Of a stretch of DNA of 64,000 nt, positions 52,212 to 64,000 are shown piece after piece. Within the stretch, counting starts at the first letter, position 1. Each line of letters opens with the position of its first letter. The DNA comes from Lytechinus pictus. Its lineage: Eukaryota. Where the stretch lies: assembly GCF_037042905.1 (NCBI RefSeq), contig NC_087245.1, positions 5,582,001-5,646,000 on the forward strand, read 5' to 3'. Both the position numbers and the translations under genes were made by a program. The notes under the pieces were generated by a model, which did no database searches, was not told the DNA's origin, and worked only from the letters and a program-made list of their open reading frames with translations.

Positions 52212-52351
52212 TCAAGCAGTGATAGACAACTGTTTCTCATATTCTCTTCTACAGAGTTTCTCCAATACATCATCTTCTTCTATATCACTCCATTCCTCAT
52301 GCTCACTTGGAGGTGGGCTGGGATCAAAATTAGCCACACCCACTCCTTTGT
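52212..52351 (-). CDS. PASK: PASK alternative proximal C-terminal exon
   Basis: tag| acceptor in phase 1; DKGVGVANFDP...LCRREYEKQLSITA-stop, then A|GTAAGA donor. Confidence 0.6.
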
Positions 52352-52865
52352 CTAGGCATAGGTAGATGGAGGAGAAAGGCAATGCTATTCTTAAATGTTT
52401 TATACTTAAAATTATCGTCACTGGTAAAGCCATTTGGTGAATTCAAAAGACTGATGGCTTAATGTCCACTACAAGACAATTAGTAATGAGGAGTCACTTA
52501 CTTTATCTTTACTTTTAAAGGGGAAGTTCACCCTCACCCCCACCCCAAAATGGATTACATTATTTCAATTTTTTTTTTTGTTCTTCTTAAAGCTCAAAAG
52601 CCTGCTTCAATTCTGAAGATTCTTGCACTATTGTAGTATATCTGGGACTGGCAAGTGCAATATACCAGATGAACACCCTACTCTTTGACGAATAGTGTAT
52701 AGATTTTAATGTGCATAGGTTGTTTCATATGATGAAGAAAACAGATAATGTATGTGAAATGTCAAATGTATGGATATTTTCAAAAATTTAGACAATATCA
52801 AACCCCTTAATAATTAGTATGTTCTAGCTACCACTATGCTAATTCTATAACTAACAATGCTTTAC

Positions 52866-53006
52866 CTTCAGGTGGCATGACTTCATTCCATTTGTAGATG
52901 TTAATATCAATAGGTTGTTGAAGCCATGCACTGGAATGGAGCTGTGCAAGGTTACATCTAAACTCTGGCTCGGGATGAAGAAGCCAAGAGATAAGCTGCA
53001 TCAGGG
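52866..53006 (-). CDS. PASK: PASK exon, kinase subdomain XI
   Basis: LMQLISWLLHPEPEFRCNLAQL...WLQQPIDINIYKWNEV; canonical splice sites. Confidence 0.85.
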
Positions 53007-53479
53007 CTGAACAAAACAAACAAACAAACATTGTTTGAAAAGTCACATTTATTATTAAAGCTGTACCATACATAGATAAATTTCCACTATGCATGTCCAG
53101 TTTCCAGACTTAATAATTAGACCACAAGAAAAAAAAAAACACTGCACCATCCATTGTAGGAGTTACGTTGGCAATTATCTATTCAGTTAAAGGGGTTGAT
53201 AGTCTAGAATTTGACATCAAAATCAGAGTGGGTCGGTCATGCTGTGACAGATTACTTTTACTACTCAGCTTGTAGAGCCATTGTAGGTTATTTAAAGAAG
53301 TCCAAACTAATTTCAGTTTGGTCATAATCATACCGATCATAATAACAATAATAATTTAAATAATAATAATAATAATAACAATAATAATAATAATAATGAT
53401 AATAGATAATAATAATTATCATTATAATAATAATAATAATAGTAATAAATATAATAATTATAATAGTAATAATAACAAC

Positions 53480-54414
53480 AACAAGTGGAATGCCTCTGGC
53501 GGTCTCACCTGCATCACGCGATTCAATATAGCAGCAGTGCTGACTTTGAAAACTACTATAACTCGCACAAGATGTTCAGTGATACTTGGTTACTCTTATG
53601 TCCACGTTTTATGAACTAGACCAATACACTTACAGAGATATAATGGTAATTCAACAAATACCCCCAAGGTGACCAAAGTTCATTGACCTTACATGACCTT
53701 TGACCTTGATCATGTGACCTGAAAGGATGTTCAGTGATACTTGATTACTCTTTTGTCCAAGTTTCACGAGTCTGATCCATAAACTTTCAAAGTAATGATG
53801 GTAATTCAACATATACCCCCATTATGGCCAAAGTTCATTGACCTTTGACCTTGGTCATGTGACCTAAAATGCACACAGGATGTTCAGTGATACTTGATTA
53901 CTATTATGTCCAAGTTTCATGAATCAGATCCATAAACTTTCAAAGTTATGATGGTAATTCAACAGATACCCCCAATTCGGCCAAAGTTCATTGACCCTAA
54001 ATGACCTTTGACCTTGGTCATGTGATGTGAAACTCATGCAGGATGTTCAGTGATACTTGATTAACCTTATGTCCAAGTTTCATGAACTAGGTCCATATAT
54101 TTTCTAAGTTATGATGACATTTCAAAAACTTAACCTTAGGTTAAGATTTTGATGTTGATTCCCCCAACATGGTCTAAGTTCATTGACCCTAAATGACCTT
54201 TGACCTTGGTCATGTGACATGAAACTCAGGCAGGATGTTCAGTAATACTTGATTAACCTTATGGCCAAGTTTCATGAACTAGGTCCATATACTTTCTAAG
54301 TTATGCTGTCATTTCAAAAACTTAACCTTCGGTTAAGATTTGGTGTTGACGCCGCCGCCGCCGTCGGAAAAGCGGCGCCTATAGTCTCACTCTGCTATGC
54401 AGGTGAGACAAAAA
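53480..54414. mobile_element. Helentron-associated-like element with TGACCTTTGACC-rich tandem units
   Basis: Subterminal GTCTCACCTGCAT; 3' hairpin GTCTCACTCTGCTATGCAGGTGAGAC plus A-run; (GCC)n; five units of about 130-180 bp. Confidence 0.7.
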
Positions 54415-54639
54415 CAATAAGCATGATTGCAAGTGATGTACCAAAATCAAAACCTTGAAAATTCATTGGTCTATTATTCTTTGGTGGATTTGCACAAAGC
54501 CTTCATTTATATTTTTAACCTACATGTATTTTCTCTGCTTTTATTAAAAGAAAATCAACATCCAGGGAGACTTCCTTTATAAATCAAGCTTGATCTGAGT
54601 TTGGCCTTCCATTTATAGTGACTTTTAGGTGACTTCTCA

Positions 54640-54795
<156 letters not shown>

Positions 54796-55264
54796 TTATC
54801 AGAAATATATACAAATGGGGATAGGAAGAAAGGGGGGGAGCAGACAAATGTGAAATCAAAAGGGCGAGAGAGAGAGAGGCAGATAGACATACAATACAAG
54901 AGAGAAAAAAAAGATTAAAAGCCTTGAATCAGAACCACTACAACACAATGCCTTCTATTATCCCTTTTTGTCAATCAGATTGCTCAAAAGATACATGAAG
55001 TGCTATATTAAATAAAATCTGTTATTTATCATTCCTTCTAACTACCTTGACAGTTACATGATTCCATTTCTATACATTTGGTATCTGATTTCTTTGCATT
55101 ATACCACATCCATTCAATGCTGCATATATAATTTTCCAATGCATACACTGTTCAAACAAAATCTACCACGGTAACGATAACGACTGCAACAATCAATATT
55201 AAAGGAAATGGCAGCAATTGCAATAATGATAACTCTGATTAAAGCATTACTCATTAATATTCTA

Positions 55265-55537
<273 letters not shown>

Positions 55538-56021
55538 TCATTTTATGTCAATATTTCATGTAACTTGGGAGCAATGGGACAGTGTGAGAGCCTTAGTTTT
55601 GAAGGTACAAAATCAACTAAATGCCATGATTGGTTAGGCATTGCAATGTCCCTCAGTCAGTCAGTCAGTAGTCCAAAGATTGTAATCCAGATTTATCCTC
55701 CATCCTCAACTCAACCCTCCTCCAGAATGTGGTATATTCCTACTCTCCTCCACCCACTTGCATCTCCCTGTCTTCTCCATATATATATATAACTATGGCA
55801 TCTTATTGGAAAAAAAAACTATTCCAATATTTTTATCCTAGATAGCACACACAGCAAGAGTGAATGTACAAAATTTCAAAAATATCTATTTGAACAATAC
55901 CAGGAAAACTGTTCATTTGTAATCACTTGCAGAAACAAGGTGATTAATGCAGGATGTGGAGTACACTGCTGTTGACCAATCTATGAAATGCACAGATTGT
56001 TGAAAGAGAAAAGCAAGGTCA

Positions 56022-56291
<270 letters not shown>

Positions 56292-56337
56292 TTAACATTT
56301 GTGATAGTTCTGATAATAAACTTGTATTTGCACTAGT

Positions 56338-56525
56338 GTGCTTATTCAGTTGGTAGAGCATCCGTCTCACAACCCGGGAGGTCGGGAGTTCAAATCCTGG
56401 CCATGTCAGAACAAAGGACATTAGAAGATGGAAGTTCCGGCTACCCTGTTTAGTGTTCAACAATACAAGTGATAGAGCTACATTGATCTGGTGCTGCAGT
56501 GGCTGCCGGACCCACGATTAATTAG
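56338..56525 (+). mobile_element. tRNA-derived SINE, second family
   Basis: TCAGTTGGTAGAGC A box and GAGTTCAAATCC B box followed by a non-tRNA body. Confidence 0.65.
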
Positions 56526-57121
56526 ACAAAACAAATTTTTGGAGGATTTTTGTTTCGAATTAAATATGGAATTACGGGACATTTTAAATAGACAAAAAAA
56601 AATTATCTCACCTAAACAGTGACTATTGAAAATCAAACAACCTCCAACATTTGTAAGTTTTTTACATTGGTACAAATATGTATGTTTGCAAGTTAAAAGC
56701 TTGTGTAGTGACACGTAAAAGGGGAAACTGTAACAAATTGTATTTAATTCTTGAACTGGAAATGCAATGTAACAAAATATTTGTGCAATACACAGCAAAA
56801 TATTCTAGCAAGGAAAGTATGCGGCTTCATTTGAATTGTCTTCCCAAAATACAAAGAGAGCCCATAAAATTTATAAAAAGGAAATTAAATAAAATCTTTT
56901 TCATATTCTTGTACATTGTGTAAGGATGTATTTAAAAATTATACATAGCAGTCTTCTCTAAAGAATTAGTTTGATTATAAGAGGAAAGTATAAAGTGTAA
57001 ATAAATAGATGTGTAGATAAATTAATATAGTTTGTTGATGAAAGTACATGTAGTTACACAGTGTTCCCTGTAGCTGAAAATTGAAAAGTGAGAAGTATTA
57101 TAGATTTGACAATATCCTCAC

Positions 57122-57247
57122 CTTGACAATATTTGGATGCTCCAATTTAGTGAGAAATGCTACTTCAAGAGGAATACAGCCAAGCTTGGCATCATCAACC
57201 CAGTTCTCCTTTAATACCTTCGCTCTGCGGATGAACTTTACGACAAC
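57122..57247 (-). CDS. PASK: PASK kinase exon, subdomains II-IV
   Basis: VVVKFIRRAKVLKENWVDDAKLGCIPLEVAFLTKLEHPNIVK. Confidence 0.92.
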
Positions 57248-57299
57248 CTACAACAAAAAACATAAATGGACTCACATTTATCATCACAATCATAAATCT

Positions 57300-57740
57300 T
57301 ATCACTTCATGATTTTATAATCATCATCAATATCCTCAATATCATGGAGGCATCATCATCCTTTTCAATAAATATCACCATTATCATCATCACAATAATC
57401 ATCACAATAATCATCATCATCACCATCATCATCACCACCACCACCACCATCATCATCATGGAGGCATCATCATCCTTTTCAATAAATATCACCATTATCA
57501 TCATCACAATAATCATCATCACCATCATCATCACCACCACCACCACCATCATCATCATGGAGGCATCATCATCCTTTTCAATAAATATCACAATAATCAT
57601 CATCATCATCACCATCACCATCACCATCACCATCACCACCACCACCACCACCACCACCATCATCATCATCACCATCACCATCATCATGATCATCATGATG
57701 ATCATCATCATCATGATCATCATCATCACCACCACCACCA
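57300..57740. repeat. Compound (ATC/ACC)n microsatellite with three higher-order units
   Basis: ATGGAGGCATCATCATCCTTTTCAATAAATATCAC recurs at about 57344, 57458 and 57558. Confidence 0.9.
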
Positions 57741-57992
57741 CAAAGCATATCTCTATCTTCTATTTTATTTGTTGTTTGCCTATAATCCCTTACCAGTTCT
57801 TAGTATTATAAACCAAGATGTTTCATTGTCTGATTGAACAGTCATCAAAATCACATTCATCAAAAGATATTGCATATTTACAGGCATTGTCGTGCCTAAT
57901 ATTTAACTTCCAACATCTCCCACTGCCTTCTATACATCCCTTCCATCATTCATTTTTCAATCCTTATGACTGCCTCTCTACTGAGAACTCAC

Positions 57993-58169
57993 CATTTTAT
58001 TATCAGTTATACTCATAGCCATCTTAACAAAACCGAATGCCCCCTTGCCTATGGATTGGAGGGTCTTGTAGAGTCTCTGGTACTCGCCTAAACCTAATCT
58101 CTGATCATCTTGTTCCATAGAGAGTGATGAGTCAAGGTTCACGTTCTGAGCACCATTGTTTGCTACGAT
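57993..58169 (-). CDS. PASK: PASK exon with the glycine-rich loop
   Basis: GEYQRLYKTLQSIGKGAFGFVKMA; tag| and ATG|GTGAGT splice sites. Confidence 0.92.
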
Positions 58170-58721
58170 CTAAAGACATGAAAAGGAACATAAGCAAGGA
58201 ATTATTAAAATATTAATTTGGAGTTGTAGCAGAGCCTTTTCCCAATCTTGACATGGATAATACGACCATCCATATGATGAAGGCTAGCCAACAACTGACA
58301 TTAATCTCTCTTCTGCACAATCAGGATGTTAAATGAAACATCCTCCAGGACCCCCCCCCCCACCCCAACTGAAGCTTAAAGCTTTCATTGGCAAAAAGGC
58401 TGTAGCAGTCAATTACACATCCCATCAGCAAGAGCTGCTTTTTAGGATAAAAACTCGCCATTCACAGATCATATTTAATGCAAAATCAGTAAGACCAATC
58501 TCAATTTGAAGAATGTAATCAGAAAATAGGAAACCAAATAAGCAAAAATAATCATGTATGTGCGGCTCTCCCTGACAATCAGGTAATGTTGGCAGTCTTG
58601 CGATTATTGTTTTATTTTTTTCAAGTTGGACCTTACAGGTATGTTAAGGATTTGGCTATCCCTTTGACAGCACCGAAGGTGCCAGCAAGATTTTATAACA
58701 ATCTTCACAATAAATCTTCAC

Positions 58722-58900
58722 CTCTGCCATGCTCTGTGTGTGGTTTGATTGGTTGAAGGTACTGTCAATACTTGATGGATTGGCCATACTTGAAGTCATG
58801 TGACCAAAGTCTGTAGGTTCCGCTGGGTCACGTGACATCCAGATACAATATAGTGTCTCTCCATCATCTAAGTCTACCCTCTTTACTTGGAACAAGATGC
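58722..58900 (-). CDS. PASK: PASK exon, C-terminal half of the split PAS-C region
   Basis: ILFQVKRVDLDDGETLYCIWMSRD. Confidence 0.85.
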
Positions 58901-59415
58901 CTTGAGTGTGAAGAGAAATCAAAAGATCCGGTCATAAAGGCTGAAAATTAATCAAGCTAGAATCACAACTACTTATATTTGTTCTTAATGCAAAATACAC
59001 GATAAGATTATCACACATGTACATGTAGTATGGAATTTACAGCTTGTCTTTCCAGCTTTGAGTAGATTCCTGCTAGAAGTAAACTAAAACAATATCATTC
59101 ATGAGACCAAGGGAAAGACATGTGCTATGTACAGCATTATTCTTTGTAATATTGATTAACTTTCTTGATGTCATGTTCATACCAAGAATTCTGAATTTTA
59201 ATAAGTAACCCAGTCCTATTTCATTTTGAAATCTACAAGAACTACAACTCACTCTAAACAAAAAAGTCCATTCACAAACAAGTCTGAATGTAATACAATT
59301 AAATTAAAATCCTTCCAGTGACTGAAAAGGCATATAAATAGCAAAGATGAAATCACACATAAGTTAAAAGACAGGGTATGTGAAAAAAAAAAGAAAAGTA
59401 AACTTTGATTCTCAC

Positions 59416-60617
59416 CAAGCAGGTTGCCATCCCGATGCTTTGCCAAACCAACAAATCCTCCTTCTGGTAAAGGTCCCGATGATAACAAAGAGAACTGTTT
59501 ACCAACCTTCCTATTGGCTGCTGGGGTTGATGTATATAAAACCTTACCAGAATGCACTCCATCATCAATCTCAGGTGTAATGTCAGAACTCTTCACCGTT
59601 GAGTCATCGCTCTTACCTTGAAGAACCATATCACTTGCTTTATCAACAGGGATATTGTTATTGGCTTCTAGAGCCGCCGGAGAAACCCTGGATTGTTCAG
59701 AAGCTTGAATGTCCTCTGTCCAACAAGTCTGCCTAACATTGTCATTGCTTTCTCCTGTCTTATCCTTACAAGACCTCTCCACCTCAGTGTTCTGAGTGAC
59801 CTTTCTTGCAGTTACTACTTCATTCTCTTCACTATCAACAGAATTCAGATCCAGCTGGATTCTATCTTTCATTGATTCTCCTTGATTTCCATCTTCATTT
59901 ACAAGCATCACTCCAGCAAGTTTTTCTTGTTTCTCATTATCCACTTTGTTATTTTTACCAGAATCATTCTTTGTCAAGTTAATCTCAGTCCTTGGGGATC
60001 TAGCTGAACTGTCTCCATCACCGCCTAAAGAAAGTCTTTCTAATCGGGCGACTTCCTCCTTCACACTCCTGATGCTACTTGTGCTCTCGCTCAGTTTTCC
60101 TTCATCCATGTGTGCATCCATGGAAATCTGTTCAACCTCAACAATCTCTCTCTGGATACCTCCTGCACTACTACTACTACTCCTACTTTCAATCAAGTCT
60201 GTATTGGATCTGCAAGAGTTGGAATCAAATCCTAACTCACTGACCCTTCCTAGTTCGCTCTCATTGCCAATTTGAACTTCAGTGCTCATATGCCGACAGG
60301 AGAGCGGTAGTCCAAGGAGATTGGAAGACCCTTCTTCCGGAAGCTTCCCACCATCAATGACTGTAGACCTCTGGGACATCAGGGAATCCTCCATTCCCAC
60401 AGTGTTGGCATTACCAATCATGACTTCTTTGCTCTCATCATGACTGATAGGTTCAATGGATGGGACATTAAGGAGATCAGATGGTATGTCTGTTCTTCCC
60501 GCTGAGGATTGCAAGAGTTCATCGGTGGTGGTGCTCTCTGGACGAAGTAGATAGTCTGGAGTTTCCAATCCTGAAGCGATCTCATTGGCTGCTTCAATCA
60601 GATCTGCAGTATCAGGC
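59416..60617 (-). CDS. PASK: PASK large linker exon
   Basis: Open 400-codon Ser/Glu-rich frame ending TSTP...EGGFVGLAKHRDGNLL; phases fit both neighbours. Confidence 0.85.
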
Positions 60618-61047
60618 CTTTTGGACATTAAAATAAAGCTTGTTTTAATGAAGAGACTGGGAGTTAGGAGTTACAGGTGGTTTGAAATACATGGTTTTGA
60701 GAGCATGATTTGAGATGCTGATTCTAGTACCAACATTTCTATTAGGGTTTATTCAAATATACTTATTATTATATCATTGATAGCTTAACACGTAGAAATA
60801 TTAATCCAAGCATCAGCTTCATTCTAGTTTGGTGCTAGTTTCGTCACAGCTCTCACCAATCATCACTTTCAACACTGGGAATCATTTAATGATAATAGTT
60901 CATTGTTATAATCATCATTTCAAAAACACTTTTTGTTTCTTAATAGAATAAAAAAATCTTTCATGATAGCATATAAGACGTATACATTTAGCGATCATAA
61001 TACTTTACGTGTGTAAATTTCCCTTTCTCTACAAGTTCCATACCTAC

Positions 61048-61298
61048 CTTTCTGCTCTACTTGCTAGAGACCTTACAGCATCATGAATGGCAACATCACT
61101 GCTGCCATCATGGAGGATTTCCTGCTTGGCTAAGGAATGGTCTGGTGCCCTTGAAGCCGGTCTGCTGGTAGGAAAGTTGAAAGACTCCTCTTCAGAATCC
61201 TCTTCAATGCTATCATCATCAAGGGGTGGGAGAGGCATGGAACTATCATCAAGCATGTCAAGATTCTCATAGAAGTCAGGAACAATGGTGGTGATGTG
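61048..61298 (-). CDS. PASK: PASK exon
   Basis: HITTIVPDFYENLDMLDDSSMPLPPL... Confidence 0.85.
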
Positions 61299-61369
61299 CT
61301 GAATGTAGGGATATTCAATCATGAATGTTAACTTTCAACACATACAGTTTACATACAGATGGACGGTAA

Positions 61370-61646
61370 ACTTGAGATCTACCGACCTTGCCTGTAAGAT
61401 GTACATGACCAAAGAGCATGACATGAAAGATGGATGGTAACTTGTGATCTTTTGACCTTGCCTATAAGATCACCATGTACATGACCAAAGAGCATGATAT
61501 GAAAGATGAATGGAAGCTTGTGATCTGACCTTGCCTATATAAGATCATCATGTACATGACCAAAGAGCATGATATGAAAGATGGATGGAAGCTTGTGAAT
61601 TACTGACCTTGCCTATAAGATCATCATGTACATGACCAAAGAGCAT
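61370..61646. repeat. Four tandem copies (about 72-80 bp) of a PASK exon end plus splice donor
   Basis: GACCTTGCCT..AAGAT..GTACATGACCAAAGAGCAT recurs at about 61384, 61454, 61527 and 61605. Confidence 0.9.
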
Positions 61647-61768
61647 AATTGAGAATGTTGAGTTGATACTATGGATGGTACCATCGGGTAGAATGCTTAG
61701 CATACCACTGATATTAGCAAAGACCCAAACACTTGCACAAAACAGCTGGTCTCCAAGGCTAACAGCAC
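61608..61768 (-). CDS. PASK: PASK exon, PAS region
   Basis: FCASVWVFANISGMLSILPDGTIHSINSTFSIMLFG. Confidence 0.9.
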
Positions 61769-62277
61769 CTGATAATACAAAGTGAAAGAGTTGAACCAAG
61801 ATAAATCATAAATGAGATTATTTGGGAATAATTCAAATGATTACGTATGATGATTTAATTGGACATTGTGGTATGAGCCTGCATGAGCCAGATGCAAGTC
61901 AAAGTGATGAATTGATTCAGACATCTGTAGAATGGAACAAACCATAGATCACAATTTTGGATGGTGATGTTAAGCTTGGTCCCATACATTAAATAATCAT
62001 ATCTTACTTGAAAAAAAATCTGTAAAAACATAAATACACATAAAAATACACACATAAATGTATAAGAGAAAAATGATTCACTATATTCTTTGATAGTAAT
62101 ACAAATGTTAGGAACATTCCCCAAAATAATGTCAATGGGAACTACCTACAACAGGGAGGGTAGTAAAAGTATTCAAACCATTGTAAGGCACAAGTAACCC
62201 ACAAACTTTTATGCAAAGGATACCCATCCCTCCAAAAAAAAAAAAATCTGTATATCCGGCTTATTTCTAGTACATAC

Positions 62278-62397
62278 CATCTTGGTTTTCATTTGGAGGA
62301 CAGAGTTCATAATCCGCCGATGAGCCGGCAGTCGATAACATATCAAGAGTGTCAGCATTATTAGCAGTAGAAAAATTAGATGTAGAAATATTCGAGG
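62278..62397 (-). CDS. PASK: Probable PASK linker exon (120 nt, phase 1-1)
   Basis: Strong ttgtttttccag acceptor and G|GTATGT donor; open frame SNISTSNFSTANNADTLDML...; no conserved motif. Confidence 0.55.
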
Positions 62398-62984
62398 CTG
62401 GAAAAACAAATTGTGATTCAAATAATGTTAGATAAGCCTATAAGGATGAAAAAGGGACAATGAAAGGGTTGATATATTTATTGTACTTTACCTATTTATT
62501 GTACTTCACCCGCGTCAGGAGTTATCAATGAATAAACAAATGGAAGAGCAGTGTTCTAGTGATCCAGTGAACCAGGTTCCAAAAACAAGTTCGTATTGCT
62601 AGTGGCTCTTTGTGAGGAACTTGTACTTGTTACCAGGTCCATTGAAAGTACCTAAAGCTATCAATCCTCTTATATCTAACTAACCAATCTCAAGAGTCAG
62701 GTAAACCAACCAACAACAAGTGTTACAGTGCCATAGCAAAAGTCAAGCATGCAAACTTACAAATCTTCATTCATTATACAGAATATTTCTATAAAGACTA
62801 TCTTCAGTGACAACCCATGATCGAGGCAAGGTTTCGTGGGGGCTTTCAACACTTTCTGATTTTAATTCAATGACATTTTAAGTCGAATCCTTCTTTTTTG
62901 GATTGGCTAAGACACATTTACTGTAAATGTGGAATGGTCAAAGAATGACACACTGACAACAACTTTAGTTCTCAAGCTTCTCAC

Positions 62985-63105
62985 CTTGTCCTGTATCGTT
63001 GAGTGATGAAAGTAGTTCTTGAGGTTTAACAGATCTGATGTGAACACTTGCAGGAAATGAAGAACCATCTTTCGTTCTGCCAGTCACCTGTTGTTTCTTC
63101 ACAGA
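62985..63105 (-). CDS. PASK: PASK exon in a PAS domain; the gene continues upstream beyond this exon
   Basis: VKKQQVTGRTKDGSSFPASVHIR; cag| and G|GTGAGA splice sites. Confidence 0.85.
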
Positions 63106-63234
63106 CTGAATAAGAAAAAACAGGATAATAATATATCGAACATAGGTACAAATACTGAAACATGATTGCAATGTCTGATGTATCTTATGAAATTAAATTA
63201 ATCTCTATGATGTTTATGACTTAATATTAATATA

Positions 63235-63494
63235 GGGTATTTATATTGCGCACATATCCACCTTGTTAGGTGCTCAAGGCGCTCCTATATTACCCGGCTA
63301 AGCTAGGCGTTCATAGCGCACACAGCTGTTTAAGGAATTACTTCCTACCGGTACCCATTTACCTCACCTGGGTTGAGTGCAGCACATTGTGGATCAGTTT
63401 CCTGCTGAAGGAAATTACGCCATGGCTGGGATTCGAACCCACGACCCTCTGTTTCAAAGTCCGAAGACTAATCCACTGGGCCACAACGCTCCAC
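63235..63494 (-). mobile_element. tRNA-derived SINE, same family as 16968-17232
   Basis: Reverse complement begins GTGGAGCGTTGTGGCCCAGTGG with GGTTCGAATCC and the same core. Confidence 0.85.
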
Positions 63495-64000
63495 GTTAAG
63501 AAGAGTGACTGATAACTATCTTTTTAACACAATTAAAATGGAAATAACAAAATACAAATGTTGATATTGACTTTTTATAGCATTCATACTGAAAATATTA
63601 AGAAGAGTATTAAGACTAATACACTTTTGCCCAATTTAAAGCTGTTCTTAGTGAGTTAGAGCAAAGTATGATTTCATAAATAAATTAGCAAAATCAGTAT
63701 TATCAAGAAAATCACTGTACATTATTTTTGGAAAATATAACTCCTAAATATGTTGTCATGGAAATATCAAACGTCAAGTTCACCCAAGAATATTATTGAT
63801 TTGAATCGATACTGGTAAGTCAAACAAGAATAATGCTGAAAATTTCATTAAAATCGGATGGAAAATAAGAAATTTATGACGTTTTAAAGTTTCGCTTATT
63901 TTCACAAAACATTTATATGCACAACTCATTGATATGCAAATGAGAGAGTCGATGATGTCCCTCACAATATTTCAATTTTTACAGATTTAACAATAAGAAC

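Noticed and set aside
53560..54340. Regularly spaced repeats resembling a CRISPR array, also at 44850-46110 and 36500-37900
   Set aside because: The intervening sequences are themselves homologous (tandem units), the context is eukaryotic and no cas genes are present.
59380..60275. Plus-strand ORFs overlapping the large PASK exon
   Set aside because: Antisense shadows of a real coding exon with no independent evidence.
62500..62700. Possible extra PASK exon
   Set aside because: Frames following the candidate acceptor hit stops before a suitable donor.

Overview
AT-rich, intron-containing animal genomic DNA; the repeat types suggest a marine deuterostome such as a sea urchin (inference, not proven). 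Two spliced protein-coding genes lie on the minus strand. (1) A WSCD-family-like sulfotransferase of about 318 aa with an N-terminal type II membrane anchor and no WSC domain found; predicted coding exons 35017-34810, 4022-3843, 1400-1197 and 454-90, so its first intron is about 30.8 kb. (2) The 3' part of a PAS-domain Ser/Thr kinase (PASK) from 63105 to 49796, with two alternative, mutually similar C-terminal exons. Most of the rest is transposon-derived: two near-identical, apparently full-length single-ORF L2/CR1-group LINEs in opposite orientation, whose ORF begins with a signal-peptide-like segment and a 2A-like (StopGo) motif; a nested stack of TIR elements at 18.46-34.31 kb with readable TSDs; an R4/Dong-type RLE LINE in a (TAA)n tract; RTE, L2 and L1/Tx1 fragments; hAT-, Tc1/mariner-, Kolobok-, Academ- and MULE-like non-autonomous elements; Helentron-like satellite-bearing elements; tRNA-derived SINEs; and two tiny P-element-like palindromic footprints. 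All coordinates were read by eye and superfamily labels rest on terminal sequence and TSD rules, not database searches.
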